In this document: piece after piece, positions 42,317 through 57,906 of the stretch | How the letters are laid out: each line of letters starts with the position of its first letter | How positions within the stretch are numbered: the first letter of the stretch is position 1 | Assembly (NCBI GenBank): GCA_964016885.1 | Contig: OZ024742.1 | Location: 278,566,001-278,630,000, forward strand | Length of the DNA: 64,000 bases | Source of the DNA: Eledone cirrhosa | Taxonomy: Eukaryota | Direction: 5' to 3' | Program-made: the position numbers and the translations under genes | Notes under the pieces: model-generated | The model's database searches: none | Told to the model about the DNA's origin: nothing | The model's input: the letters and a program-made list of their open reading frames with translations, nothing else

Positions 42317-45227
42317 ACGGGGTTCTGAACCTGGTCCATGTGGACCACTAGTGGTCCACAGGAAAATTCAGGTGGTTCACAGAAAACTTTCTGTGGGCCA
42401 CCTGAAAAATTTAAATTCTTCCGTTACACGCACACAAACGAAACATGCCTCATCACACCTCGCACCTGTGAGTGCACTTGAGAGCACGCCTTTCCTATTG
42501 GACGATTAGCTATCCAATCATACACGGACGCGTACCAGACAAGTACAGACGCGTACAGACGTTAGCGCACATAAAAACACACAACAAATCGCGTGTTCCC
42601 GGCCGGTCGACACGATCGTGTTTTCTACCTGACTTTTGAATTGAGGATTACAAACGAAACAGCAGTTCTTACGGCTTACCCAACATAACATATTATCTCT
42701 GCAGGTACGTACATTTTTACGCAAGTGTTAGTCTAATTGTAGTGTGTAGAAATTTTGTGTCAGTGATATGGAAAAACGTTCTCTAAATTCTTCGTTCACC
42801 GAATCGGAAAAACGATTTTGTAGACGATATAACTCAGATTATATCAGATATGGTTTTTTATCCAGCCCAGAAGATCCTTCATTACCACAGTATATCATCT
42901 GGTCAAAAATATTAACTAACGACTCAATGAAACCTTCGAAATTATTGTATCATCAAAAACTAGTCCATCCCGATTTGTGTGGCAAGCCTAAGAAGTACTT
43001 CGAAGAATATCTTCGCAAAAAAAAGCGTCATCTGCATCACTGAAAATTTTCCTATCCCATGCTAACAACAGTTCTGGTCTGCAAGCGTCCTACAACATTT
43101 CGCTCATGATAGCAAAACAGGGTCGCCCACATACCATTGGCGAAGACCTGATTAGGCCCTCAATACTTGAAGGATATAAAATTGCTAATGTGTCGAACGC
43201 TGCCTCGGTTTTAGCAACTATTCCACTTTCCAACAGCACGGTATCTTCCCGCATTTCTGAAATGGCTGAAGATGTCAAATCTACAGTTGTAGAAGAATAG
43301 CGACACTGCAGATTTTCGTTGACGGTGGATGACAGCACTTTTGACAACCAATGTGTTGTGCTTGCTTTTGTTCGCTATGTAAAAGGGATCAAGGTTTGTG
43401 AAAACCTACTTTTTATGACAACTGTACTGAAAAACACTGGAGAGATGACCTACAATGCAGTTATGGATTTTCTCACTAAAAATGACATTGATTCCCACAA
43501 CATATCAATATGCACTGATGGAGCAGCATCTATGGTTGGAAAATCCCAGGGTTTTGTTGCAAGATGGAGAGAATTTATTCACATCTTCACAACTTATTGC
43601 GTACTCCATCGAGAAAATTTAATAGCAAAAAAAATCGGAAGTTATACCTTTTCTGAAATACTTAACACAGTTGTTTCCGCAGTCAACAAGATCAAAAGAT
43701 CTGGTCTTTGGGACAGTCTTTTCCAAGAAGCTTGTAAATATGAAATGTTCAACCGTCTGTTGTATTCGACAGATATACGCTGGCTATCAATGGGGAGCTG
43801 CCTTGGACGTTTTGTTGCACTCTTCGATAAAGTCATAGAATTTCTTCAACAGACTGATCCAATTATGACAGCATCATCACTTTCTGAGAAAAAACCCGCA
43901 ATTTTGTACTTACATGAGATCTTTCAAAAACTAAATGATCTCAACATTTCTTTGCAAAAGCAGAACATCAACGTTGTACTTGCCAAACACTTGATAAGGG
44001 CTTTCATGAATAACCTCGTTCTATGGAAAATTCAAATTGCAGATAATAACTTTTCGCAGTTCGAGAGCTTAAAAACTGTTGTGGTAGATAATGACTTGCA
44101 CAACAATTTCAATAATCGTTTTGAAGATCTTTTGGCTTTAAATATCCCAATCTTTGTGGATTCTCTTCACACAATGTCTATGAACGACATACTTGTTCAA
44201 CTAGAATGTCTTCAGATGGAGCTCTGTGAGGCGAAGCTGGATGATAATCTGCGTAAAACTAACTGGGTCGAGGCTTGGTTGAATCATTGTCAAGAATATC
44301 CAAAGCTGTTTGAACAAGTCGTGCCTTTCATAATAAATCTCCCTACATCTTACTTGGCTGAAAAGGGATTTTCCATTGTCCACCACACATACACAAAGCA
44401 GTGCAGGCGTTTGATCGTCGACAATAATGCCGATTTGAGACTTCGCTTGAGCCACATAGAGCCGAGGATTTCTAAACTTGTGGATCAAAAACAAGCACAA
44501 GGGTCTCATTGACTGACATGTTGTCTGACGACTTGGCGTAATTGTGTTGTCGTTGACATTTTTAATTCAATTCAATTTGTTGTATTCCCTCAAACGTTTA
44601 CACGACCTTTTGTACTGATCCCAACTTAAATCTTCAAGTTTTTTTTAACTTACCCTACACATTATCATATTTAAACTATACAGCTTTCCATTTCATCTGA
44701 ATGATAGGGAGTGTTTTCCAGGACTCAATAACCTTTTTCTATTCGATTCTATCAAATAAAGCTTTATTGAAAAAACATGTCCCTTAGGGGAACAAAAAAG
44801 GAACTTTCATTACAAAGTGAAAATGGTATTGACCAATCAAATCGATCTTACCAATTAGAAGTAGAAACTTATTCTCAACATCAATGCTTCATATTTGTCG
44901 CTGAGATATGAAATCTAAAAAATTCAAATTAATAACGAATAGGTTATGCGTTGCTTGGTGCAATAGCAAATTCTTTTTTGATCCATGCATTTGACTTAAA
45001 GCACTGTTCTTATTCTTCGCATGAGTATAACTTTAACTGTTTATTTGCGTAGATTTTTAGGCACAGGCGACATGATAATAGCATTTTCTAATTCATTGAA
45101 AAAAAAAACCATCTATTGATGCTTATAAGTAGCAGTTCTATTACAAAAGATTTAAAAGTTTAGGTGGTCCACAGGAAAAAATACTTATTTTGGTGGTCCA
45201 CAGCGAAAAAAAGGTTGAGAACCCCTG
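42317..45227 (+). mobile_element. hAT superfamily, Buster-type DNA transposon, full length
   Basis: TIRs acggggttctgaacct / aggttgagaacccctg. 8-bp TSD ctttagaa (42309-42316) / ctttagag (45228-45235) with the central TA typical of Buster. Subterminal gtggtccacag repeats at both ends. Confidence 0.92.
42768..44512 (+). pseudogene. Buster-type hAT transposase (BED finger plus DDE), disrupted
   Basis: RRYNSDYIRYGF...SMKPSKL..H (BED finger with Cys lost), HTIGEDLI, IPLSNSTV, TVDDST, ICTDGAASM, CVLHRENL, RWLS, SYLAEKGFS. Frameshift near 43020 and a stop at 43300. Confidence 0.9.
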
Positions 45228-45423
45228 CTTTAGAGTGTGCTATATAATCTCATGTGTTCTAGTGTGTAGCAGAAAAGGAGATACACTATCTTGACAAGGG
45301 GCAATAATCTCGAAATATTTGTCGCTTGTTTCTCTTTGCTACCACGAGAACAAAAAGATGATGATAGTCGTCTAAAACACAAGTTGTTATGAGGCTGTTT
45401 GCTAGCAAACGAATCGGATATTA

Positions 45424-45727
45424 ATAATTGTTTCTACTTTTGGCACAAGGCCAGCAATTACCCAGTGCATTACTGGAACTTTATTTTATCGACCCCGTAA
45501 GGATGAAAGGCAAAGTTAACCTCGGCGGGATTTGAACTCAGAATGGCAAGGGCCGTAACTCTATAATATTAATAATATTATTAAAACATATTATTCGATT
45601 ATGGTCTGAGTTCAAATCCCGCCGAGGTTAACTTTGCCTTTCATCCTTACAGGGTCGATAAAATAAAGTACCAGTAATACACTGGAGCAATTGCTGGCCT
45701 TGTGCCAATAGTAGAAATAATTATTAT
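45424..45727. mobile_element. Head-to-head pair of family-A SINEs
   Basis: Minus copy at about 45424-45563 and plus copy at about 45603-45727. Confidence 0.85.
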
Positions 45728-45791
45728 TCGATATGAAACTCACGAATCGATTTACGTATCCGCTGTGTCGGAGCGAAAACAAATTTTGTTT

Positions 45792-45829
<38 letters not shown>

Positions 45830-45844
45830 AGTGTGTGTGTGTGT

Positions 45845-45936
<92 letters not shown>

Positions 45937-46485
45937 TGTGTGTGTGTTTGTGATATGTATATATTTATAGCGAGAATATCAAGAAGAAATGTGGGCTCTA
46001 TTTGATCCGTACAGAGGCAAATGCGTTGAGTTGCCATTGGTGTCATGCCTTGAAAATCTCGCATATGTGCAAGCAATCTTTCCTCCCTAACATTCGCAAG
46101 ATTATGTGACAGGCTCCTTAATTGCTTGTGAGTATGACTGCAAGCATCTAAAATATTTTCGGTGCGTACTTTACCGACTACATAAATAGTTGACTGAAAT
46201 AACTTTCAGCTATTATGTATATTCATGTTATTCTTACTTCCACACTTTCTCCCTCTCTCTTCCTCAACATATTTATTCATATCCCTCTGTTATTCTCTCC
46301 CTCTCAATTATATCTGTCTCCCTTATTATCGTTATCTATCCGTCTCTTTCACTCAATATCTTTGTTGTCTTTTAAACATTTGAATAAATATGACTTAAGT
46401 ACGTGCGCATGCAAATATGTAAGTACATATACATTTATACACACACACAAACACAGACACACAAACACAGGCACACAAACACAGG

Positions 46486-46521
<36 letters not shown>

Positions 46522-46533
46522 CATAAATATATA

Positions 46534-46614
46534 TTGGGTCGTCAAGTATGAAATGTGTAGAAATTTGTAAGAAAAAGAATGGAATTTCTACAAACTTCAT
46601 ACTTGACACCCCAA
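46534..46614. mobile_element. 81-bp Tc1/mariner-like MITE
   Basis: About 32-bp imperfect TIRs ttgggtcgtcaagtatgaa...tagaaatt / aatttcta...ttcatacttgacaccccaa, flanked by TA on both sides. Confidence 0.65.
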
Positions 46615-47118
46615 TATATATTTATAGAAGAAGAAGGAGAAGAAGAAGAAGAAGAAGAAGAAGAAGAAGAAGAAGAAGAAGAAGAAGAAGAAGAAGAAGA
46701 AGAGCAACAGCAACAATAACAACAATAACAGCAAAAACAATAGAGTAAAAAGAAAAACAATGGAAAACAGTATAAAAAGAAGAAAAAAACAATGGAAAAC
46801 AGTATAAAAAGCCAAGACAAGTTTCACAAAAACTCAAATCAAACTACATATGTAAAAATAAATCTGTAATAACCAGCACAAGTTTCGTAATTTAGTAGTA
46901 TTTATCAGTGGAAGTAATGTCATATTTAGGGATAACGTTTCTATTATATGTGATCTAGTTTTCACAAAATGTGTTTATCTTAAACATGATCTCTGAATAC
47001 GGTATTACACTCTCTGATAAACACACTTAACGCGTGAACCTGCGTATTAATTTTAGTATATGTCTCATCAATGTTTACACACTAAATTTCATAAAGTTTT
47101 TATGAAATTATTGATCAA

Positions 47119-47159
<41 letters not shown>

Positions 47160-47220
47160 CGGCGACGAATTAGTTTTGCGAGGTTTTTGATATGAAATCG
47201 TGTGTCGAACCAAATATTGT

Positions 47221-47404
47221 TATACTTGGGGAGGGTCATATTTGTGTAATATTGCCAGAATTAATAACAGAACACACTCACTGTTTGGTTGGTTTTCGCT
47301 TTTCGCTTCTGTGTCTTCTAAAAGACACAGAAGCGAAAACCAACCAAACTGAGTGTGTTCTGTTATTAATTCTGGCAATATTACACAAATATGACCCTCC
47401 CCAA

Positions 47405-47409
<5 letters not shown>
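47221..47409. repeat. About 90-bp-arm fold-back ending at (TA)n
   Basis: 47221-47317 versus 47322-47409, with a 4-nt loop. The arms differ only by two small indels. Confidence 0.95.
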
Positions 47410-47472
<63 letters not shown>

Positions 47473-47600
47473 GTAGTTATAAAAATATCTTAATTTGCTT
47501 TTTTCAGATCACGAGCGGAACCTTCGACGTTAAGGGCGAGAGAGGTCCAATACAGAGAGAGAGAGAGAGAGGCAGAGAGAGAGAGTGATATGTATGTATG

Positions 47601-47740
<140 letters not shown>

Positions 47741-48246
47741 AATTAAATTCAACCTTATAAACTTCCGGATGATGAAATATTTAAGATAGCGAAACATGAA
47801 CTTATATCTGACAGTATGCTATTAAATAGACATAAATGCTTTGATTGGTGTATTTGAAATTTTCCATTCTGAACAGACATTAAAAAATATAACGTTTATA
47901 GGTATGATGATATATGTATATAAGGCACATAACAATTTATTATCCATGCACACACATGCATTGCATGCATGTGCATATGCATAAGCAATTACATAGACAG
48001 ATGGATGCATGGAATTATCTGTCGAAACGGCAAGAGCTCAACCGTCGGGACCCGACTATTTTGAAATATACATACATATATCTGTATAAATATTTTATAT
48101 ATAAAATGTATATACATGTGTTATATATATATACATATATACACACATTTATCTATACATATATACATTTATACATATATTCATACATATACCCACATAT
48201 GCATACATACCTACATATATACATATATACTTACATGTAGTCATAC

Positions 48247-48281
<35 letters not shown>

Positions 48282-48390
48282 CATGCATAGATACAAAGAT
48301 ACATACATACATTGAGTCATACATATATACATATACAGAATGAGCGAGGAAGATAAACAGTTAGAGAGAGGAGAAGAGTGAGAGTGAGAG

Positions 48391-48437
<47 letters not shown>

Positions 48438-48937
48438 GAGAAAGAGAGAGAAAGATAGAGAGAGAGAGAGAGAGATTGATATATATATATATATAGAGAG
48501 AGAGAGAGGAGGGGTTGTGCGAGGGAAATAGAGACCTAGAAATACCTGGTAAATAGCAGGGAACAGTTTCATGCAACACATGGCGTCATCACTGCATATG
48601 TGAAATGTCATAAGTTTTGGGAAGGTCATATCCATTAGAAAACGTACAGAGCTATACATATTTTCATGTACACAGCATAAGTGTTACACCCATATGACAA
48701 CAACACACACATAGAGAGACACACACAAATATTCACCCTTGTTTAATTATATATGTGAATAGTTGGGATCAGCAATGTATGTTTACGCAAGTGAAGTTAG
48801 TTTGTATGATTATATGTTAATATATACATCTAGATGAATAAAAACAAACAAAATATAGAAACAAAACAATATGTTCACAAATTTCGACGCATATATGTGT
48901 TTGTAACTTTTTTGTATATGTAGGTACACACACAGAG

Positions 48938-49033
<96 letters not shown>

Positions 49034-49171
49034 TGTATATATATATATATATACAACCATATGTATACATATATATAAACACATAAATATACATGTATAT
49101 ATATATATATATATATTTTATATATATGTATACATGTATATTTATGTATTTATATATATGTATACATATGG

Positions 49172-49218
<47 letters not shown>

Positions 49219-49487
49219 AACATGGCTTATTCTTAAATGTGTGTGGGAAAGGATATTTGTAAATTCATGCTGCTAATTTCGTAGAGTTTGCAATTTACAT
49301 ATCTGTATGGAAATATGCTTATTTCTATATCTATATTTCTATTCTCCCTCTCACTATATCCATACATATATATGCATATGTTCTTTAGACGTATGGTAAA
49401 ATTTGGGCCTTGAAACCTTGAGTAGCGTCCCTGTTCCGTGTATGAACATAAATGAATAATATGATATATATTTACACACACACACAA

Positions 49488-49668
<181 letters not shown>

Positions 49669-51439
49669 GCAACATGTACACTGTGACTGGTATGTGTGAT
49701 CTTCTCAGCGCGACTATTATGATCATTGTCCCGACTCTGAAATTCTCTGGCTCCACACCTCTTTACCATTTGTGGATTATGTCAACATTCTTCTGAAACA
49801 TTCAACCATATCGACCGCATTTTCATGTGTCTTTTAGAGCCAGCCTATTAATCATACTTCTAACACAGCCTTCTAATTCATACCTCTCTAACTCCCTTTC
49901 TTTGTTCAACTTTTCATCCCTATGTAACTACCTATCTACATTCCTACATACTCAACTATCTATCTACTTATCTAGCTAGCTATCTACCATCAATACCAAT
50001 CATTACGTCCAGTACCATCAACACCTTCTTCGTCAGTAACAGCTCGATGCTGTCTCGACCACTACCATTATCAACAGATACCACCACCACCACCACCATC
50101 ATTGCAATACTCATCCTCTGCATCTCAATCATCTTCCTCATTATTATCATCATCATCAACATCACCATTATCACCATCAGTCACGATCGTTGTCGGACGT
50201 ACTAATGTTTTCCATTAACAGAACTACCCACTCTTTAACTTAACGTACAAGCGCCTGTGCATTTTACAGACGTATACCTTTAGCATAACTCTCAATGAGA
50301 TTCAGCGTAACACAGTAACTCATATGGTCAGTCAGCTGAATGGCAAGTAGAATACATCCGATGTATTTCTAAACTGTTTCTGTTATTCCATTTTCCTTCT
50401 GGACGTCTGGGTACCTCCGAAGATATAGAGCAAGATAATTTCCCATCGCACTACCTTCAACTTTTGTTAATGCATATACAGCAGTCATACGATGAATATT
50501 TTACTTTAAATATATCAAATCTGTCTTAATCAGATTGACGGAATTTCTAACCAGATGCATTCGCTTTTAATTAATAAATGAAACATACTGAGGGATATAT
50601 TAAATTATTTATTATTTCATTAATAAGTGTTAAACTTAACATATGGATCTTATATACAGTTATGTTGGAAGGTTTATGTCAAATAGTTAGCTGTTAAAAT
50701 AAGAGTTTTATTTTATCGAGCTATAGTCGACTTTAGCCTGGGGGGTCTCAAAATAACTCAAAAGGATGGCTCAAAATAGTGGCAATTGGTAAAATGAAAC
50801 AGGAATAACATCAATACGCTCTCCAACTCCTCTCTATCTGGATGAAATCGGGCAGTCCAATATTTAAATGCTTAAGACATGACACTTGCTGTTCGATCAG
50901 AAGTTAAGGGCCCATGGCATGGATCTAAATCTAAATCATTTAACATGCCCTACTATTTCCAGCAAGTCGAGTGATTAAATGCGTAAAACCTCCTCTCGTA
51001 GAATAGTGTGAATAATGTTTTACCACTGAAGCCAAAACATATCGAATTTTCGCATCAAAACACTTATATGCAGAAAACAACAACACCACCAACAACAATA
51101 CCATCTCCTCTACTACAAACAACAACAACAAAATTGAGACGGACGCTAAAATATACGTACAACTGTAATAAATATATGGCTGCCGGCAAAGTTTCTCACT
51201 AAATCGATAGAAAAGTGAATTGATTCCTTTGCCCCAGAGGAGAGAGACTGCAGTCATCCATCTTCATACACACACACGCACACACACACACACACACACA
51301 GACACATACACAGGCACACACACACACACACACACACAGCACAGATATATTTATACATATATGTATATACATATATCTATATATATATAAATATATATGT
51401 ATATACATATGTATATGTATATATATGTATATACATATG

Positions 51440-51603
<164 letters not shown>

Positions 51604-52242
51604 TGCTCTTCTGTCGATCTGGTACAATGAATATATTCTGAAGCGGACAGTGACTCTTGAAACTGAATTTACGACAACTATATGGAGAATTTCGGAAATC
51701 AATGTCAATTTGATTTCTATATAGTTTAAAAATATAGGCATCATAAAACAAAATTTGATAGCTCTTCACTGTTTCTCGTTGTGGTTGTTGTTGATGATAA
51801 ATGTTTTGTTTTTGGTGTTTTTGCTATTGTTCCTGTTCTTGTGTAGCTTCATATCAAATGTGAGCGAGCGTAAGTACTATTCAGCGCCCGTTCTTTTTTT
51901 AAATAAAATTTCACACAGACATAAGTATTATGAAAGGCAGTTGTATATCCTCAACAATCTCGGAGACTCTGCAGTAATAGCTTTGTAGACCTCATGTTGT
52001 GAACTGCTCTGTAAACTATGGCTTGAGATATGTTTGGGGGTAATTTTAGCCTGTCCAAAAATAAAGACTGATTGCTACCCATGGTGCTACGACTAGTTGC
52101 TTAGACCCAGTTTTCAGGAGCTATCAGTTACGGGATCAATCATACATTGAGCTGATCCATAACGAAATGCGTGTCTGATGAATGTAAATATGTATAAAAT
52201 ACTATCATGACACACTATTCCAGCCTGCTTATTCTATATACA

Positions 52243-52365
<123 letters not shown>

Positions 52366-52483
52366 TGCAACCAGAGATACAAAACAATTATTGTTATTAG
52401 GTTCACCATTAGATGAGATATAGGAAAAACTGTTTAACGTATCGGGCTTTAGCCCTTCGCCAAGAGATACATTTTAAAGATAG

Positions 52484-52517
<34 letters not shown>

Positions 52518-52884
52518 CGTGTGTGTGTGTGTGTGGTTGTGTGTGTGTGTGCGTGCGCGCGCGCGCGTGTGTGTGTGTGTGTGGGTGTGCATGAAAATAC
52601 TAAGTTTTGGGCGTGTGAGAGTTCTTGTCATTGTTAGGGTATAATTCTAGGTCATGGGAAACTCTGATGTAAAACGACTGGTTCGATGTCAACCAATGAT
52701 GTCAATCTGCGCTTTTGGATACCTCTCACCGTTGTTCATAGTGTGGGGTTGGTCAAGCGCAAAGCCTTTCATTGCGTAAAGCATCTTCAAAGAATATTTA
52801 ATGTAAAAAATAAACGGAAATAACAAAGCAAACGACATATTACAGGGAACAAATATATTAGTTTAAAGCTTGAAATAGCAGAAA

Positions 52885-52930
52885 GAGAGTCTTAACCTTT
52901 CGGACACTAGTCCTTCATCAGAAGATAGAG
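52885..52930 (-). ncRNA. Minimal Penelope-type hammerhead (probably decayed)
   Basis: Minus strand tctt-CTGATGA-a-ggac-tagt-gtcc-GAAA-ggtt-aaga. Stem III deviates from the usual GAAACGTT. Confidence 0.55.
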
Positions 52931-53727
52931 TTAAATAAAAATAACGTAAAAGAAAAGGGTGAGAAGTGGAAGGAATGGGCAAATTGAATAAAAAAGTGGA
53001 GAAAAAAAAACCACATTTATGTTCAGTCAGACATCCTGGAGTATTGCTGGTCAAGGAGTATCTTACGCGTTAGAGGGGTTTAGGAAGGGAGGTAATCAAG
53101 GTATATGTGGGGTGGATATGTGTGTATGCGTACATGTGATTGTGTGTTTGTGTGCTTGTGTGTGAGAACAAGGGTAGATACAAGTATAGATACATACAAT
53201 CAGAGTTTCCAACTTATACTGAGTTTAGTTCAATGAAAGAATTAATAAAAGTAAAAGATTCAGAGTCTTATAATATCAAATATGGGAAAAGTAAATAAGT
53301 TAAGTAAACAATCTCTACCTACTCAATGAAATGTCTCTACTGCAGTTTCATTGGGAAAATGAGGGTACTCCGAGTAGAGTATCGCAAGAAATCACAAATC
53401 AACAGGAGACTTTCTCTGTCCAGAATTAAAATTCAAGACAGGAACTCCCAGCCATTCACTGTCAGTGAACATTTTGAATGAAATAACTATTACGTGACAA
53501 GTGACCAATATAAGGATAATAAAGAGGACAAAGACAGACTTTGTGCTACTAAAAAGTAGTTCGATTCGGCCAAATTTTCACTCAAATATATGTAAACATG
53601 AGAAAATTAACAAAGGACAAGAGAACGAACGGTATCAAAATAAAAATAAAAACAATTTAAGTTGAAATATTTAAAATAAATATACAAACGAAGGACACAG
53701 AACTACATACATGGTCATCGGCCGTGG

Positions 53728-53793
53728 AGATGGACTTTAAAAGTTTCGACCCCTACCAACGGTACTGCTGGTCCATCCGGGGTCACAGCGTCT
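53728..53793 (-). ncRNA. Decayed type I hammerhead
   Basis: Minus strand agacg-CTG.TGA-cccc...ggggtc-GAAAC-ttttaaa-GTC-catct. The core lacks one A, while stems II and III remain paired. Confidence 0.5.
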
Positions 53794-54056
53794 GATATAA
53801 GCCAAACGCTGTCTGACGGAGTAAGATACGAAATACAAACAATAATTTTATAGTCGTTAAGCTATAAAAAAGACATAATTTTGTTGTGACGTTAGGGAAA
53901 ATGTCTGATGCCTCTTAGACTACGTGAAACATGATAGAAACAAGAAAAATAGGAGAAAAAGGAGAAAAAGGAAAAATCAAAAAAGCAAGAAGAAAAAAGT
54001 AACATATCGCGTAAAGAAATTTAAACCATTACAATAAATGAGGGAGAAGATATATT

Positions 54057-54100
<44 letters not shown>

Positions 54101-54184
54101 GCACACATACACATATATATATATAAATAAAATAAAATAAAATAACAGGAGGCTGGACTGGTGTAAATCCTTGAGAGGTTTATT

Positions 54185-54242
54185 ATACTATGATCATTTC
54201 AATGACCGGGTTCCATATGAATCCGGTGATATCATCAGGTAT
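54185..54242 (-). ncRNA. Type I hammerhead (left arm)
   Basis: Minus strand atac-CTGATGA-tatcaccgg...ccggtcatt-GAAA-tgatcat-A-gtat, with palindromic ATGATCAT stem III. Confidence 0.7.
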
Positions 54243-57200
54243 TGGAATATAACAAAGGAAGATGAAAAAAACCATGGGTCCAAAAAATCAAAGACAGAGA
54301 CAAAGAGGACGACTGACCAACTAGCTGCCTTCACCTCGGCCAGTCGCACTCAAAGTGATGGCAACTGAATCTACTAATGTCCATCTGGCGAGGGGGCGAA
54401 GGCTTATAATGCACTCCGTCAAAGAAAAAGGGGAAGAAAGAAAGAAAGGAAGAAAGAAGAAAAAATGGAAGAAAGAGGAAAGCGTAAGGGTCACACTACA
54501 TTCATGCTAGAAAGTGCCGCGAAAAATGCTACTCCAAAGAATCTATATTTAACAAAGGCATATATAATTGTTTCTACTCTTGGCACAAGGCCAAAAATGA
54601 ACCAGTACATTACTGGTACTTTATTTTATCGACCCCGTAAGGATGAAAGGCAAAGTTAACCTCGGCGGGATTTGAACTCAGAATGGCTAGGGCCGTAACT
54701 CTATGCGTCAAAGCATGGCGTCCGACTCTCTACCGATACTGCCAAATGGGTGTCTGTATAGTCTAATGTGTGAACCGAAAATTGGAACGTTAAACTTATG
54801 TTACGAGTTATAGGATGAAATTAAATTAAATTAAAAAATATTAAATTGCAAAATGATAAATTGAAAAATAAATTATTAGAAAATTAAAGGTTAAGGTAGC
54901 GAGATTTATTTAATGAACTTACAGAGAGAGTCTTATATGAAAAAATTAATCTCGATAAGATATCAGGATGGGATATAGAGTAAAGATATCGATTGAGGGT
55001 CCCCCCCCCCCCCACAATTATGAGTCAGCCAGTTTCAAGTGGTATCGTCCAGCGAAAGAAATGGAAATTAATTTTTCCGAGTACTCTAGGAACGTGGCTA
55101 CCCCAGGCCCCGAGAGCGCTAGCGGGAAGTCTACAATTTCGACAGGCCATCGTCTATACCAAACGAATATTATTAATTCACACATGAGGGGTTTATTTAC
55201 GTGCCAGTGAGGCATGATACAGCTAATAGTTATGCCTAAGCCTGGAGTTTATAGGTATAAGTATAATATGGCGGCCAAAACAGGCGGCGCGGTGGGATCG
55301 GGGCAACGCATTCCGCTCCGAGTAATTTCGTTTACCGAAAGAGGGGAAACTTATTTTTCCGAGCACTCAAGGAAGGTTGAACTTTCCGAGTGTCCAGCGC
55401 GCAGCCGGGAAAAGCGACCAAATAAGTCGAAGGTAGCAACCCAATGAAAAGTGAAAATAGACCATAGTTATTTTAAAGTCCCAGTTAGTCCGGGTTATAA
55501 GTAGTGTGGTTCTTTGGTGGGTAGGGGGTTTTGAAAGGTGCATAATGACCTGAGTAAGGAAAGTTACAAAAACAATAATAAAAGCAGGATACAAAGATAA
55601 AATACAAAGATAAAGAATACATTGATATAAATACATTAATAAATTAATAAAAAAATTAATAAAAGTAAATAACTAGGGATTTAGAAAGACGGAAGTATAT
55701 AAGAATTGCACTACGTTGAGTACTCTCCACAATATTACACCAAGAATGACCATACGGAATGACCAGTTCTATCCAGTGGTGAATCAACAAACCTAAAGAA
55801 ATAATGCTCCAATAATGTTGAGCACTTCCAAATGTAATATTGAACAGCGGCACTGACTTCAGTGTACAGCTATTGCCAGCATGGGATTAACTGAGCTACT
55901 TACCATTCGGATTTTGGCTGCTCTGTGCTTTATCTACCGCCCACCCAATACTATTTCCTTGTCGGGATGATTCCGATTCCGACAAAACTCTACGTATTAT
56001 ACTAAAACAAGTATTGTATTGACTGAATTCTCTACTCTATACCTCAGGAATGTTTTGTGACTCACATTGAATTCGGAGATCCGAACTTTTCACAAGGTAC
56101 CACCTGTTACCACTCCATCTCTTCCATCCTCTATATCTATATGTACAACCTATATTATCTTACTACAACTTGATCTATATTGTATTTCCCCTACATTGTG
56201 ATTCCTCCGATACGTTCTTATATACGTCCGTCTTTCTACATCCCTAGTTATTTACATTTATTAATTTTTTTATTAATTTATTAATGTATTTTTATGAATG
56301 TATTCTTTATCTTTGTATTTTATCTTTATATTTGTATTTTATCTTTGTATCCTGCTTTTATTTATTTTTTTTTGTAACTTTCCTTACTCAGGTCATTATG
56401 CACCTTTCATAGCCCCCTACCCACCTAAGAACCACACTACGTATAACCCGGACTAACTGGGACTTTAAAATAATTTTGGTCTATTTGCACTTTTCATTGC
56501 GTTGCTACCTTCGACTTATGTGGTGGCTTTTCCCGGCTGCGCGCTGGGCACTCGGAAAGTTCAGCCTTCCTTGAGTGCTCGGAAAAATAAATTTCCCCTC
56601 TTTCGGTAAACGAAATTACTCGGAGCGACTTGCTTTGCCCCGGTCCCACCGCGCCGCCTGTTTTGGCCGCCATATTATACTTATACCTATAAACTCCAGG
56701 TTTAGGCATAACTATTAGCTGTATCATGCCTCTACTGGCACGTAAATAAATCCCTCATGTGTGAATTAATAATATTCGTTTGGTATAGACGATGGCCTGT
56801 CGAAATCGTAGACTTCCCGCTAGCGCTCCCGGGGCCTGAGGTAGCTACGTTCCTAGAGTACTCGGAAACATTAATTTCCATTTCTTTCGCTGGACGATAC
56901 CACTCGAAACTGGTTGACTCATGGTTTGTGGTGGGTGTTGGCTGGGATCACAATCGAAATCTTTACTCTATATCCCATCCTGATACCTTATCGAGATTAA
57001 TTTTTTCATATAAGACTCTCTCTGTAAGTTCATTAAATAAATCTCGCTACCTTAACCTTTAATGTTCTAATAATTTATTTTTCAATTTATCATTTTGCAA
57101 TTTAATATTTTTTTAATTTAATTTAATTTCATCCTATAACTCGTAACATAAGTTTAACGTTCCAATTTTCGGTTCACACATTAGACCATACAGACACCCT

Positions 57201-57656
57201 TTTGACAGTATCGGTAGAGGGTCTGACGCTATGCTTCAAATCCCGCCGAGGTTAACTGTGCCTTTCATCCTTACGGGGTCGATAAAATAAAGTACCTGTA
57301 ATGTACTGGGTAATTTCTGGCCTTGTGCCAATAGTAGAAACAATTATATATGCCTTTGTTAAATATAGATTCTTTGGAGTAGCATTTTTCGCGGCATTTT
57401 CTAGCATGAACGTAGTGTGACCCTTACGCTGACTTCTTTCTTCTTTCTTCCTTTCTTTCTTTCTTCCCCTTTTTCTTTGACGGAGTGCATTATAAGCCTT
57501 CGCCCCCTCGCCAGATGGACATTAGTAGATTCAGTTGCCATCACTTTGAGGGCGACTGGCCGAGGTGAAGGCAGCTAGTTGATCAGTCGTCCTCTTTGTC
57601 TCTGTCTTTGATTTTTTGGACCCATGGTTTTTTTCATCTTCCTTTGTTATATTCCA

Positions 57657-57714
57657 ATACCTGATGATATCACCGGATTCATTTGGAACCCGGTAATTGA
57701 AATGATCATAGTAT
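57657..57714 (+). ncRNA. Type I hammerhead (right arm)
   Basis: atac-CTGATGA-tatcaccgg...ccggtaatt-GAAA-tgatcat-A-gtat. Confidence 0.7.
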
Positions 57715-57826
57715 ACTAAACCTTTCAAGGATTTACACCAGTCCAGCCCCCTGTTATTTTATTTTATTTATAATTAACTCCGTATTCGCACCACGAACTA
57801 CACAAACGAAGACGAGTGAACTGCTG

Positions 57827-57906
57827 TACGTTGAGTACTCTCCACAATATTACACCAAGAATGACCATACGGAATGACCAGTTCTATCCAGTGGTGAAGC
57901 AACAAA

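Larger units (their letters stand above)
54124..57770. repeat. About 1.56-kb-arm inverted repeat with a 510-bp spacer
   Basis: 54124-55705 is the diverged reverse complement of 56215-57770. Mirrored ORF-track translations (54171+/57531- and 55214+/56494-) confirm it. Each arm has a SINE (about 54567-54745 and 57203-57347) and a hammerhead. Confidence 0.95.

Noticed and set aside
55800-56214. GIY-YIG C-terminal remnant in the inverted-repeat spacer
   Set aside because: Only vague motif resemblance.
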